Source: an uncultured Bacilli bacterium (GTDB taxonomy: Bacteria > Bacillota_I > Bacilli_A > RF39 > UBA660). From it: 64,000 nt of DNA. The position numbers were made by a program, and so were the translations under genes. Of this stretch, positions 29,057 through 38,544 are shown piece after piece; within the stretch, counting starts at the first letter, position 1, and each line of letters starts with the position of its first letter. A model generated the notes under the pieces. The model did not search any database, had not been told where the DNA came from, and saw only the letters and a list, made by a program, of their open reading frames with translations. The stretch spans positions 4,098-68,097 of the forward strand of contig CANRDL010000004.1 in the NCBI GenBank assembly GCA_947629405.1, given 5' to 3'.

Positions 29057-29717
29057 TAAGCGTTTAAAACAAGTAGCAGATTATATAAATAAAAAAGATA
29101 TAGTAGTAGATATTGGTTGTGATCACGCTTTATTAGATATTTATCTTGTTAAAGAAAAAAAATTAAAAAATATAATAGTTTCCGATATTTTACAATCTGC
29201 TTTAGATAATGCTATAAAAAATATAAAAAAATATAAATTAGAAGATAAAATAACACCTATTTTATCTAATGGACTTGAAAATATTAATATAAGTAAAATT
29301 GATACTATTATAATTAGTGGAATGGGCACAAAAAATATAATTAAAATTTTAAGAAATATAGGTAAAAGCAAAAATATTAAAAAAATTGTTATTCAATCTA
29401 ATAATGATTATTATTATTTGCGTACTTTCATGAAAAGAGAAGGATTTATAATAAAAGATGAAAGTGTCATAAAAGATAAAAATATAAATTATATTACTAT
29501 GCAATTTATAAGGGGTAAAAAAATGTATTTTTATTCAGATTACATGTATGGACCTGTACTTAAATTAGATAAAAATAATTTATGGTATTTTCAAGAAAAT
29601 TTAAAATCTTTAGAATTTATAAATAAAAATATTCCTTATACATCTATGCAAAAAAAATACGCTCTCAAAAAAATTAGAGTTCTTTCTAAAATAATTAAAA
29701 AACTAAATAATTTTTAA
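29049..29717 (+). CDS. trmK: tRNA (adenine22-N1)-methyltransferase TrmK
   Basis: 222 aa. LSKRL-type N-terminus ([12 protein letters not shown]), SAM motif DIGCDHALL, and IISGMG. Position downstream of sigA as in B. subtilis yqfN. Confidence 0.8.
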   Translation: MISKRLKQVADYINKKDIVVDIGCDHALLDIYLVKEKKLKNIIVSDILQSALDNAIKNIKKYKLEDKITPILSNGLENINISKIDTIIISGMGTKNIIKILRNIGKSKNIKKIVIQSNNDYYYLRTFMKREGFIIKDESVIKDKNINYITMQFIRGKKMYFYSDYMYGPVLKLDKNNLWYFQENLKSLEFINKNIPYTSMQKKYALKKIRVLSKIIKKLNNF

Positions 29718-29780
29718 TTATTTTTTTTGACTTTACTATAAAAATATTATATATTGAAATTGAGGTAGGTTTTAAAATTT

Positions 29781-30383
29781 ATGGGTTTTTATAATGACAC
29801 AGAATATAATATGGGGTTTGAGACTAGTGGAGAAAAACAAATAAATTTAATTAGTGGATTATCTATAAGGGTACCTGAATATTTGAATTTTCATAATAAT
29901 ATTAGAAATAATGTTATTGAAATTTCTAAATATTTTGAACTAATTTATGTATTTCCATTTCCTGTGGAAGATTTATATGTACTACAAAATCGTGTCCTTT
30001 TTGGTACTAATCATTTAACCAAATCAGAAGTGATTCTTTTAAAAAAGTTAAAGAAATTGGAAAATGAAAATGAAAGATTTATGTTAACGGATGACAAATA
30101 TTATACTTGTCTAGATGAAATAAAAATAAATTTAATTAGTGGATTATCTATTATTATTCCTAAAAAAATATATTTATTTATTGATGATGAGAAAATTAAA
30201 ATAGACATGACTAAATATTTAAATTATATTATTGAATATCCTTTTCCTATTGAAGATTTATATAAGTTCCAAAATCGTGTTCTTTTTTGTTCTAAATATC
30301 TTACCCAATCAGAAATAACAATATTAAATAATTTTCAAAAATTAGAATTTGCAAAAAATTATCAAAAATCCAAGAAATTTTAA
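29781..30383 (+). CDS. Hypothetical protein built from two tandem copies of an approximately 95-aa module
   Basis: 200 aa. INLISGLSI...YPFP[VI]EDLY..QNRVLF....LT[KQ]SE[VI]..L occurs twice, 95 codons apart. Confidence 0.6.
   Translation: MGFYNDTEYNMGFETSGEKQINLISGLSIRVPEYLNFHNNIRNNVIEISKYFELIYVFPFPVEDLYVLQNRVLFGTNHLTKSEVILLKKLKKLENENERFMLTDDKYYTCLDEIKINLISGLSIIIPKKIYLFIDDEKIKIDMTKYLNYIIEYPFPIEDLYKFQNRVLFCSKYLTQSEITILNNFQKLEFAKNYQKSKKF
29841..30350 (+). repeat. Intragenic tandem duplication (2 x about 285 nt, diverged)
   Basis: ATAAATTTAATTAGTGGATTATCTA is identical at 29841-29865 and 30126-30150. A second conserved block (cc[at]tttcct.t.gaagatttatat...caaaatcgtgt) has the same 285-nt offset. 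Confidence 0.7.
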
Positions 30384-30415
30384 AATTATAAAATATGCCA
30401 AATTGGAGGCAGATA

Positions 30416-32758
30416 ATGAAAAAAATTATTGGTCTTACAAATGAAGAAGTTGAAATAAGAAAAAAAAGGAATCAAGTTAATTTTGATAATCAACCTAAAA
30501 CTAAAACTATTAAAGAAATTATTTTAACTAACATTTTTACATATTTTAATATTCTTAACTTTATTTTAGGAGCAGCAATATTAATTGTTGGAATTTTTAG
30601 TGGCAGAATTTTTTATTCTTTAAAAAATTGTTTATTTTTAGGTGTTATAACTTGTAATACAGTAATAGCTGTAATTCAAGAAATTATATCTAAAAAAACT
30701 GTTGATAAATTATCTTTAATATCTGCAACTACAACTACTGTTTTAAGAGACGATAAGCTTATTAATTTAAATATTAATGAAATTGTATTAGATGATATTA
30801 TTAAATTAAAATTAGGGGACCAAATTGTAGCAGATGCTAAAATTATATCAGGAGAAATAGAAGTTAATGAATCATTATTAACGGGCGAATCTGATGCTAT
30901 TATTAAAAAAACGGATAATGAAGTTTTATCAGGTAGCTTTGTGGTAAGTGGTGAGGCTTACGCGAAAGTTATTCATGTTGGTAATGATAATTATATTTCT
31001 AAAATTTCGGCTGCGGCCAAATATAACAAAAAAATTAATTCTGTTATTTTAGATTCGTTTAATAAAATATTAAAAGCGATATCTATAATAATTATTCCGA
31101 TAGCCATTCTTTTATTTATCACTCAATTAAAAGTAAATAATAATGAAATATCTACTTCAATATTTTCTACTGTTGCCGCTTTAATTGGGATGATTCCTGA
31201 AGGACTAATTTTACTAACTTCATCAGTTATGGCTGTCAGTGTTATAAAATTATCTAAATTTAAAGTTTTAGTTCAAGAGTTATATTGTATTGAAACACTT
31301 GCTAGGGTAGATTGTATTTGTTTAGATAAAACAGGAACTTTAACAGAAGGAAAAATGAAATTAAAAAAAGTAATTGTTAAAAAGACTGATGAAAAAAATA
31401 TAAGAGAGATTATCAATGCTATTACTGAAAATAGTAATGAAACTAATGAAACTTTTATGGCTATTAAAAGGGTATATAATGATGAATCTTCATTAAATGT
31501 AATTGAAAGTAAACCTTTTTCTTCTGAGAGAAAATATTCTGTTTATACATTAAATGATGGATATACATATTATTTAGGCGCTCCAGAATTTATATTGTCC
31601 AAAAATCATAAATTAGATGATGACATTATTAAATATCAAGAAGAATATCGAGTATTATTACTAGCAAGAAATAAAGAAAGAATTGGCAATAAAAATAATG
31701 TGGAAATTATAGGATTTATAGTAATTGAAGATATAATTAGAGAAAATGCTTTGCAAACATTGCAATTTTTTGCTAAAAATAAAGTTAATATTAAAATAAT
31801 TTCCGGGGACAATATTAATACTGTTATGGGTATTGCAAAACGCTTAGAAATTCCCAATTTAAAAGGTATTGATACCTCAAATATTATTGATAGTAATTAT
31901 GATAAATTAGTTGACGAATATAATGTTTTTGGTAGAGTTACCCCTAAAGTTAAAAAACAAATAATAATTTCTTTACAAAATAAAGGATATACAGTAGCGA
32001 TGACCGGTGATGGAGTAAATGATGTTTTAGCTTTAAAACAATCAGATTGTGCAATTGCAATGGCAAATGGTTCATCTGCTGCGCGAAATGTTTCTCAGCT
32101 TGTCCTTTTAAACTCTAATTTTAATTCTATTCCCAAAATAGTTGCTGAGGGAAGAAAAACAATAAATAATGTGGAAAGGTCATCTTCTTTGTTGCTTGTA
32201 AAAACTATTTATTCCATACTTTTAGCAATTTTCTGTATTAGTATTACAACTAAATATTTTTTTGTACCTATTCAGCTGACATTAATCACAACATTTACAA
32301 TAGGTATTCCGTCTTTTATCTTAGCTTTAGAGCCTAATAAAAAATTAGTTACAGGAGACTTTATCAAAAAAGTTGTTGGTAGGGCATTCCCAGCTGCCGT
32401 AACTATAGTTTTTAATATAATAATTATTACTATTTTTAAAAAATTCTTTTCTATGACAACTGATATAGCATCTTTATTATCTGTTTTACTTACGGCAACT
32501 ACGGGTTTTATTTATTTATATCGAATTTGTAAACCTTTTAATAGATTAAGAAAAGTTTTATATATTGTCTTACTTTTAGGTTTTTCTTATTGTGCTTTAT
32601 TTCAATATAAATTTTTTAGTCTAACTAAAGTTAATTTTTATGTTATATTTATATATTTTGTCTTATTTATAGTGTCAATGTTTGTATTTGATAATTTAAA
32701 TAAATTTACAGAATTTATTTTAAAAATATTAATAAAAAGAAATAAACAAAAAAGGTAA
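30416..32758 (+). CDS. Cation-translocating P-type ATPase (HAD-IC family, P2/Ca-Mg-like)
   Basis: TGES actuator motif, phosphorylation site CLDKTGTLTEG, hinge MTGDGVNDVLALKQSDCAIAM, and about 10 TM. The ATG at 30416 follows a TGGAGG RBS. Confidence 0.9.
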   Translation: MKKIIGLTNEEVEIRKKRNQVNFDNQPKTKTIKEIILTNIFTYFNILNFILGAAILIVGIFSGRIFYSLKNCLFLGVITCNTVIAVIQEIISKKTVDKLSLISATTTTVLRDDKLINLNINEIVLDDIIKLKLGDQIVADAKIISGEIEVNESLLTGESDAIIKKTDNEVLSGSFVVSGEAYAKVIHVGNDNYISKISAAAKYNKKINSVILDSFNKILKAISIIIIPIAILLFITQLKVNNNEISTSIFSTVAALIGMIPEGLILLTSSVMAVSVIKLSKFKVLVQELYCIETLARVDCICLDKTGTLTEGKMKLKKVIVKKTDEKNIREIINAITENSNETNETFMAIKRVYNDESSLNVIESKPFSSERKYSVYTLNDGYTYYLGAPEFILSKNHKLDDDIIKYQEEYRVLLLARNKERIGNKNNVEIIGFIVIEDIIRENALQTLQFFAKNKVNIKIISGDNINTVMGIAKRLEIPNLKGIDTSNIIDSNYDKLVDEYNVFGRVTPKVKKQIIISLQNKGYTVAMTGDGVNDVLALKQSDCAIAMANGSSAARNVSQLVLLNSNFNSIPKIVAEGRKTINNVERSSSLLLVKTIYSILLAIFCISITTKYFFVPIQLTLITTFTIGIPSFILALEPNKKLVTGDFIKKVVGRAFPAAVTIVFNIIIITIFKKFFSMTTDIASLLSVLLTATTGFIYLYRICKPFNRLRKVLYIVLLLGFSYCALFQYKFFSLTKVNFYVIFIYFVLFIVSMFVFDNLNKFTEFILKILIKRNKQKR

Positions 32759-32774
32759 TTGGTAAAACTATTCA

Positions 32775-32802
32775 TTGACTTTAAAAGATTTTCATTTATA
32801 AT
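32775..32802 (+). promoter_or_regulatory. Sigma-A-type promoter (TTGACT-16-TATAAT)
   Basis: TTGACT at 32775-32780 and TATAAT at 32797-32802. Lies 20 nt upstream of the AAGGAGAA RBS of the 32823 ORF. Confidence 0.55.
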
Positions 32803-32822
32803 ATTGAAAAAGGAGAAAATCT

Positions 32823-33728
32823 ATGAGTAGTTTAAATCTTACAATACCTACATTTAGTCAGATATTACATTCGGAAGGAAATTCTAACAAATGGAATACA
32901 AACTTAATGTATGAAATAGAATATGCTGTAGTGACTGATTTTGCGGCTCTACAAGGTACATTAGCAACAGATGTTTGTCCTAAAAATGATAAAGATTTAG
33001 GATATAGATTAGGTATTTATTGGCTAAAAGATCCATATACTTATTTGGATAAAAATAATAATGAAGCAAATTATGTTCGAGTTATAAATGCTGCTGGCTT
33101 CTTTCGTGAAAAAGTTTCAGAGCGTCATATTGGAATTCGTCCTATTTTACCATATTCTTCAATTAAAGATATTACTTTTAATGAAGAAGAAAGAAAATAT
33201 AAATTAACTAATAGTGAGTTTTCATTATTCCCTCAAAGAACTCCAGAACAAGGTTTGCAAGAAGAAATTATAGGAAGAATTAAACATAACGAACTTAAAA
33301 AAACATCACTAAGAGTACCAATTGATTTAAGAAATATTGATGAAAATAATTTACCATTTAAATTAGGATGGTTAGATTCATATATTTATCAAGATAAAAT
33401 ATATACTTTTTTTAAAGCTAAACCATGTGAAGATTATTTAGCAACCAATGGAGTGACTTATCATGTAGGAGATGAAGTAGTTGTAGAAATGTTACCAATA
33501 AGATTATTAAATTCTCCCAAAAATGATTTAACATTTTTTAAGGATATAATTATTGGCGAAATACAGTTTGATAGAGAAAATTATTTAGGTGATTTTTCAA
33601 CAACAAATTTATATACTTATATTAATAAATATTTAGTTCCTTTTATTAGACAGGGAATAGAATTTAATAAAACAGCAGAAACGGAAGTAATTAAACAAAA
33701 AACAAAAAGTAGACATACAAAAAAATGA
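32823..33728 (+). CDS. Hypothetical protein; N-terminal domain resembles a widespread Firmicute domain of unknown function (TDFA..QG ... YWL ... IRP motif set)
   Basis: 301 aa with no signal peptide. Motifs YAVVTDFAALQG, GIYWLKD and HIGIRPILPYS. Family assignment (possibly DUF6273) is from memory only. Confidence 0.45.
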   Translation: MSSLNLTIPTFSQILHSEGNSNKWNTNLMYEIEYAVVTDFAALQGTLATDVCPKNDKDLGYRLGIYWLKDPYTYLDKNNNEANYVRVINAAGFFREKVSERHIGIRPILPYSSIKDITFNEEERKYKLTNSEFSLFPQRTPEQGLQEEIIGRIKHNELKKTSLRVPIDLRNIDENNLPFKLGWLDSYIYQDKIYTFFKAKPCEDYLATNGVTYHVGDEVVVEMLPIRLLNSPKNDLTFFKDIIIGEIQFDRENYLGDFSTTNLYTYINKYLVPFIRQGIEFNKTAETEVIKQKTKSRHTKK

Positions 33729-33760
33729 TCTACTTTTTTAATTAAAGTAAATCATACATT

Positions 33761-34483
33761 TTATTTTGGTTCTTTTTCAATAAAATTTTTTAAATATTCA
33801 TCGTATGCTTTATAATCGATTAAATCATTTTTAGTTTTTTTATATTTTATTTTCATGGAATCTAAATAAAGATTTAATAACTTATCAGTTAAGTGAGGAT
33901 TTCTAATAAGTAGGGGACCAGTTAAGTAAGTAGCATAAAAATTTTTATAAACAAAACCTTCATAGTTATCATTAATAGAAGATCCGGTACCTTCTACAAC
34001 TTTAAATAAATGATTTTTATTTTTTGTAATTATACTTGTTCTATTTTGAAAACCAATTACATCATAATCGATAATTTTAGTTTTAAAATGTTGTTCACCA
34101 ACAATTTTAAAATCAATTACTTCTGTTTCATAATCAAATATATTTAATGCTTCAATAATATCATCTTTATCTTTAATAAATTTTCCAAATAATTCCATAG
34201 ATGATCCGGTTGCAATAAATAATTTATTGGCATTAATGGCTTTTTTAATATTATCTTTATATTTTTTTATATCGTCTAAAACAATTTTTTGATTTTCTAA
34301 CGAACCCATTCCCATATAAAATATATCATATTTATTAAAATCAATATCATCATTAACAGTTAAAAAATGCAATTCAGTTTTTAAGCCTTTATTTTCTAAA
34401 TGGCGAATTAAAGCTTGAGGATTTCCTGATTCTCCATAAAGATTCATTAAATCATAGTATAAGTGCGCTATTTTAATTATCAT
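33761..34483 (-). CDS. gatD: GatD-like (CobQ-type glutamine amidotransferase) partner of MurT, lacking the catalytic Cys and His
   Basis: 240 aa. Collinear with lipid II isoglutaminyl synthase GatD (NLYGESGN, DIFYMGMGS, GFQN, YLTGPLL). Overlaps the murT stop by 11 nt. The protein contains no cysteine at all. Confidence 0.7.
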   Translation of the reverse strand: MIIKIAHLYYDLMNLYGESGNPQALIRHLENKGLKTELHFLTVNDDIDFNKYDIFYMGMGSLENQKIVLDDIKKYKDNIKKAINANKLFIATGSSMELFGKFIKDKDDIIEALNIFDYETEVIDFKIVGEQHFKTKIIDYDVIGFQNRTSIITKNKNHLFKVVEGTGSSINDNYEGFVYKNFYATYLTGPLLIRNPHLTDKLLNLYLDSMKIKYKKTKNDLIDYKAYDEYLKNFIEKEPK

Positions 34484-35810
34484 TTTTGGCCTCCTTAATT
34501 AAAGATTTAATTTTATCACTCATGTCAAAACATACCATAGTATAAATATTACCTTTAGTTTTAGTTTTAATAATATCAATTAAGTTATCAATATCATCAA
34601 CCATAATTATTTTATTTTTATCAATATTAGCATATGAAAGACATGTGGCAACATCATATTTAAATCTGCCGATACAAAGTATTTTATCAATTGATTCATC
34701 ATTAAGTAATTTAAAACTTACATCGTATAACCAAGATAAATCATTATATTTGTATCTTCTGGAAACATTCTCAAAACCGACTACAATAGTTTTTAATTCT
34801 TTTTTTAAGCTTATATATTTTAATGATTGAAAATAAGATAGAGAATTTTCATTTTTACTTTCTAACATAGTTAAAGTTCTTTTTTCAATATTATATACTT
34901 CGCCGCGTTTAGGTTTAATAAAATCTTTATTTACAGCCTCATCGATTATTTTTGGAGAAATTTTTAATTCTTTGGCAAGGGCAACAGCTGCTAAAGTATA
35001 GTAAGCAGCATACATTATATCTTTATTTAAATAATATTTTTTTCGATTTATTTTAAATTCTTGTTTATTTAAATCTAAATCTGTAGCTTTATATTTAACT
35101 TTTCCTCTTGTAAAATCACAGTTTTTACATTTATATATACCAATGTGACCGTAATGATAATAAGTATATATTAATTTATTATGACATTTTGGACAATATG
35201 CATTGTCAATTCCTAAGTTAGATGGAATAGTATAATCATATATTGTTTTTTCTAGACCGTAAGTTACATAATTTTTAAATTTTAAGGTCATTTTCATAAC
35301 ATGAGGATCATCGGCATTTAAAATAAGTTTAGTTTTATCAGAAATAGCATCAGTTATTTCTTTAAATATAAAATCGGGATTACCGGAACGAGAAGGTTGA
35401 TCTCTTGTAATATTTGTAACAATTAAATGGGTTAATATTTTTTTATTGAAAGCTAATTTTAGATGTCTTTCATCTATTTCAACAAGTAGAATATCTTTTT
35501 TAAATTTACCAGTTAATGTACAGTTATTAATTACTAAAGTAGTAATTCCGTAAATTCCATTTGAGCCAAATTTATTATAAGCAACACTTTTTCCACTTTT
35601 TGTTAAAATGTGAGCAATTAAAGAAGTAGTCGAACCTTTTCCAGCAGAACCAGTAACGCCAATAACGATTTTGGGATATTTTATTTTATCTAAAATATGA
35701 TGATCTAAGTCATAGGCGATTTTTCCAGGAAATACCGTGGCATTCTTTCTAAAAAATTTTAAAACTATAATGGATAATTTACTTAATATAATTAATATTG
35801 TCTTTCGCAT
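34473..35810 (-). CDS. murT: MurT, Mur-ligase-family subunit of lipid II isoglutaminyl synthase
   Basis: P-loop GVTGSAGKGSTT, Cys4 ribbon CPKCHN...CKNCDF characteristic of MurT, and a DUF1727-like C-terminus. The ATG at 35810 has a GAGGTG RBS; the track ORF extends to 35945 without support. Confidence 0.85.
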   Translation of the reverse strand: MRKTILIILSKLSIIVLKFFRKNATVFPGKIAYDLDHHILDKIKYPKIVIGVTGSAGKGSTTSLIAHILTKSGKSVAYNKFGSNGIYGITTLVINNCTLTGKFKKDILLVEIDERHLKLAFNKKILTHLIVTNITRDQPSRSGNPDFIFKEITDAISDKTKLILNADDPHVMKMTLKFKNYVTYGLEKTIYDYTIPSNLGIDNAYCPKCHNKLIYTYYHYGHIGIYKCKNCDFTRGKVKYKATDLDLNKQEFKINRKKYYLNKDIMYAAYYTLAAVALAKELKISPKIIDEAVNKDFIKPKRGEVYNIEKRTLTMLESKNENSLSYFQSLKYISLKKELKTIVVGFENVSRRYKYNDLSWLYDVSFKLLNDESIDKILCIGRFKYDVATCLSYANIDKNKIIMVDDIDNLIDIIKTKTKGNIYTMVCFDMSDKIKSLIKEAKNDN

Positions 35811-35914
35811 ACTACACCTCATAGTAATTATAACACATATTTTTATATTGAAAAACATTAGATAATATGATAGAATCAAAATAATTTCCTTACTAAAGAA
35901 AATTGGTGATAAAT

Positions 35915-36262
35915 ATGAAAAATGAAATGGAAATAAGGCTTGCAAATTTACAAGCTTTGAAAGAAAATAATTTAGAAAAATATCAACATTGCCAACACTT
36001 GTTTGTTTTTAAAGATAATCATTATACTTGTATAAAGTGTGGTTTAAGTGATAAAATTTTTGGAATTTATAAAAGACAACTTACTAGTTATGAAAGAAAG
36101 ATTTTTTCAATTTTTATGGATAGTAATAAAGATAATACGGTTATTTTAAATGATAATGAAAGTATTGAAGATTTTGATGAAATATATTATCAAGTAACTA
36201 ATCATCGTAAAATAAATGATAGTGAAGCTACTGAGGAAGTATTAAAAATTCTTAGAAAATAA
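35915..36262 (+). CDS. Hypothetical small protein with a CxxC pair
   Basis: 115 aa. GGTGAT RBS. HCQH...CIKCG may form a zinc knuckle. Divergent from murT. Confidence 0.45.
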   Translation: MKNEMEIRLANLQALKENNLEKYQHCQHLFVFKDNHYTCIKCGLSDKIFGIYKRQLTSYERKIFSIFMDSNKDNTVILNDNESIEDFDEIYYQVTNHRKINDSEATEEVLKILRK

Positions 36263-36267
36263 AAATT

Positions 36268-36299
36268 AGATAAAACTAAATATTGGTTTTATCTTTTTC
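36268..36299 (+). terminator. Rho-independent terminator
   Basis: AGATAAAAC-taaatattg-GTTTTATCT followed by TTTT. Confidence 0.65.
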
Positions 36300-36340
36300 T
36301 TTATAAAAAAATATTATATAATTATATTAGGGTGGTAATA

Positions 36341-37735
36341 ATGAAAGATGTTGTAATTATTGGAGCAGGTCCAGCTGGTTTATTTGCAGCTTATGAACTT
36401 TGTAAAAATAAAAATTTAAAGATTACCTTACTTGATAAAGGAAAAAGAGCTAAAAATAGAGTTTGTCCTATGAAAATAAATGGTGGAAAATGTTTAAATT
36501 GCAACCCTTGTAATATTTTATCAGGCTTTGGGGGAGCTGGTACTTTTAGTGATGGTAAATTAAATTTTATTCCTAAACTTGGTAAAAGTGATTTATTTAA
36601 ATATATGGATAGTGATGAGGCTTTTAAAATAATTGATGAAACTGAAAAAATATTTAATGAATTTAATATGGATAGTGAAATATTTCCTAAAAATTTAGAT
36701 AAAGCATATCAAATTCAAAGGGATATTGCTAAAACTGGAGCAAGACTTCTCCTTATTAAACAAAAACATTTAGGTAGTGATAAATTACCTAATTATATTA
36801 ACAATTTTGAAAATTATTTAGAAAAAAAAGGTGTAGAATTACTTGATGATTGCAATGTTTTAGATATTAAAAGTGAAAGTTGTAAACTACACGAAATAAC
36901 TTATAATAAAAATAATAAAGAATATAAAATAAAAACTAAAAATGTTATTGTTGCTCCTGGTCGAACTGGGGCTAAATGGGTACAAGAACTGGCTGATAAA
37001 TACAATATTGAATATGTCTCTAAATCTATTGAAATAGGGGTAAGAGTAGAAGTTAGAAAAGAAATAATGGAAGATATATGTTCAACTATTTATGATCCTA
37101 CAATTTTTATTAAAACTAAAACATATAATGATGAAATAAGAACATTTTGTACTAATCCTGGTGGTTTTGTTGCTAAAGAAAATTATTATGGTTATATTTG
37201 TGTAAATGGTCATGCCTTAAAGGATATTAAATCAGCTAATTCTAATTTTGCTTTTATTTCCAAAGTAGGTTTAACCGAGCCAGTAACTAATACGAGAGAA
37301 TATGGTGAATCAATTGCGCATATTGCCAATGTTTTAGGAGATTCTAAACCAGTTATTCAAACATTAAGAGATTTAAGATTGGGAAGAAGATCAACTTGGG
37401 ATCACATTAATAAAGGCTTTATTTCTCCAACTTTAAAAGATTGTGTAGCAGGAGATCTTGCTTTAATTTTACCTCATCGAATAATTACTAATATTTTAGA
37501 AGGTTTAGAAGAATTAGACAAAATTATTCCGGGAGTTAATAATGATGAAACTCTATTATATGGTCCAGAAATAAAATTTTTTAGTAATGAAATAACTACT
37601 GATAACAAATTTAAATTGAATAATTATAATATTTATTTTGTCGGTGATGGTGCTGGAAAAGCCGGTAACATTGTAACTTCAGCAGCGACTGGTTTAATTG
37701 CAGCTAAAGATATTTTAAGTAAATTGACAAAATAA
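36341..37735 (+). CDS. FAD-dependent oxidoreductase (COG2509-type uncharacterised FAD-dependent dehydrogenase)
   Basis: Rossmann motif VVIIGAGPAGLFAA at the N-terminus, a Cys cluster (CPMKINGGKCLNCNPC), and C-terminal FVGDGAGKAG. Confidence 0.75.
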   Translation: MKDVVIIGAGPAGLFAAYELCKNKNLKITLLDKGKRAKNRVCPMKINGGKCLNCNPCNILSGFGGAGTFSDGKLNFIPKLGKSDLFKYMDSDEAFKIIDETEKIFNEFNMDSEIFPKNLDKAYQIQRDIAKTGARLLLIKQKHLGSDKLPNYINNFENYLEKKGVELLDDCNVLDIKSESCKLHEITYNKNNKEYKIKTKNVIVAPGRTGAKWVQELADKYNIEYVSKSIEIGVRVEVRKEIMEDICSTIYDPTIFIKTKTYNDEIRTFCTNPGGFVAKENYYGYICVNGHALKDIKSANSNFAFISKVGLTEPVTNTREYGESIAHIANVLGDSKPVIQTLRDLRLGRRSTWDHINKGFISPTLKDCVAGDLALILPHRIITNILEGLEELDKIIPGVNNDETLLYGPEIKFFSNEITTDNKFKLNNYNIYFVGDGAGKAGNIVTSAATGLIAAKDILSKLTK

Positions 37736-37785
37736 AAAAAATAAACTACAATTATTTTAGTATAAGAATAAAGGGGTTATATATT

Positions 37786-38541
37786 ATGGCCAAAGAAGGA
37801 AAAATTGTTTGTGTAACATCAGCTAAAGGAGGGGTAGGTAAAACTATATTTTCTATTAATTTAGCTGGAGTTTTAGAAACATTAAATAAAAAAGTATTAA
37901 TTTTAGATTTAGATTTAGCTGGGGGTGGAATAGCCCTTGCTTTGTCATGCGAATATAAAAAAGATTTATATAATATTTATGAAGATTTAAACAACAATAA
38001 ATTTAGTGACATAAAAAAATATATTACTAAGTATGATAACAAAATTGATTTTATTGCAGCTCCTAAAGATCCGCGTAATGCCAAAAAAATAGATGGTAGG
38101 TATCTAAAATTTATTTTTGATAATTTATCATACTTATATGATGCCATTATTGTTGATACTAATCACTTTTTAACTGATGCAACATTAGTTACTTTAGATC
38201 TTGCTGATAATATATTTTTTATGATGACAAATGATCCATTTGATGTTAAAAATATGAAATCTCTATTAAGTATTTTTAGAGAACTTGATAAAGATAATTA
38301 TAAAATTATTTTAAATGACGCTATTGATCATTGTAAAAATTATTTTTCATTTTATGATCTTCGAAGCATAATAAAAAGTAATATAGATTATACTTTATCT
38401 CCTGCATCATATGTTAAAAACATCGATACCTTAGTTTTAAATGGCAAAATTGTAACTTTAGATAAAGTTTATAAAGCATCTCGCGATTATGGTGTATATT
38501 TGAAAATAGCGACAAATATTTTTGAAAAAGAGGAGGAATAA
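37786..38541 (+). CDS. MinD/ParA-superfamily ATPase, TadZ/CpaE-like (no receiver domain)
   Basis: 251 aa. Deviant Walker A VTSAKGGVGKT and Walker B-like IIVDTN. First gene of the Tad-like cluster. Confidence 0.7.
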   Translation: MAKEGKIVCVTSAKGGVGKTIFSINLAGVLETLNKKVLILDLDLAGGGIALALSCEYKKDLYNIYEDLNNNKFSDIKKYITKYDNKIDFIAAPKDPRNAKKIDGRYLKFIFDNLSYLYDAIIVDTNHFLTDATLVTLDLADNIFFMMTNDPFDVKNMKSLLSIFRELDKDNYKIILNDAIDHCKNYFSFYDLRSIIKSNIDYTLSPASYVKNIDTLVLNGKIVTLDKVYKASRDYGVYLKIATNIFEKEEE

Positions 38542-38544
38542 AAA

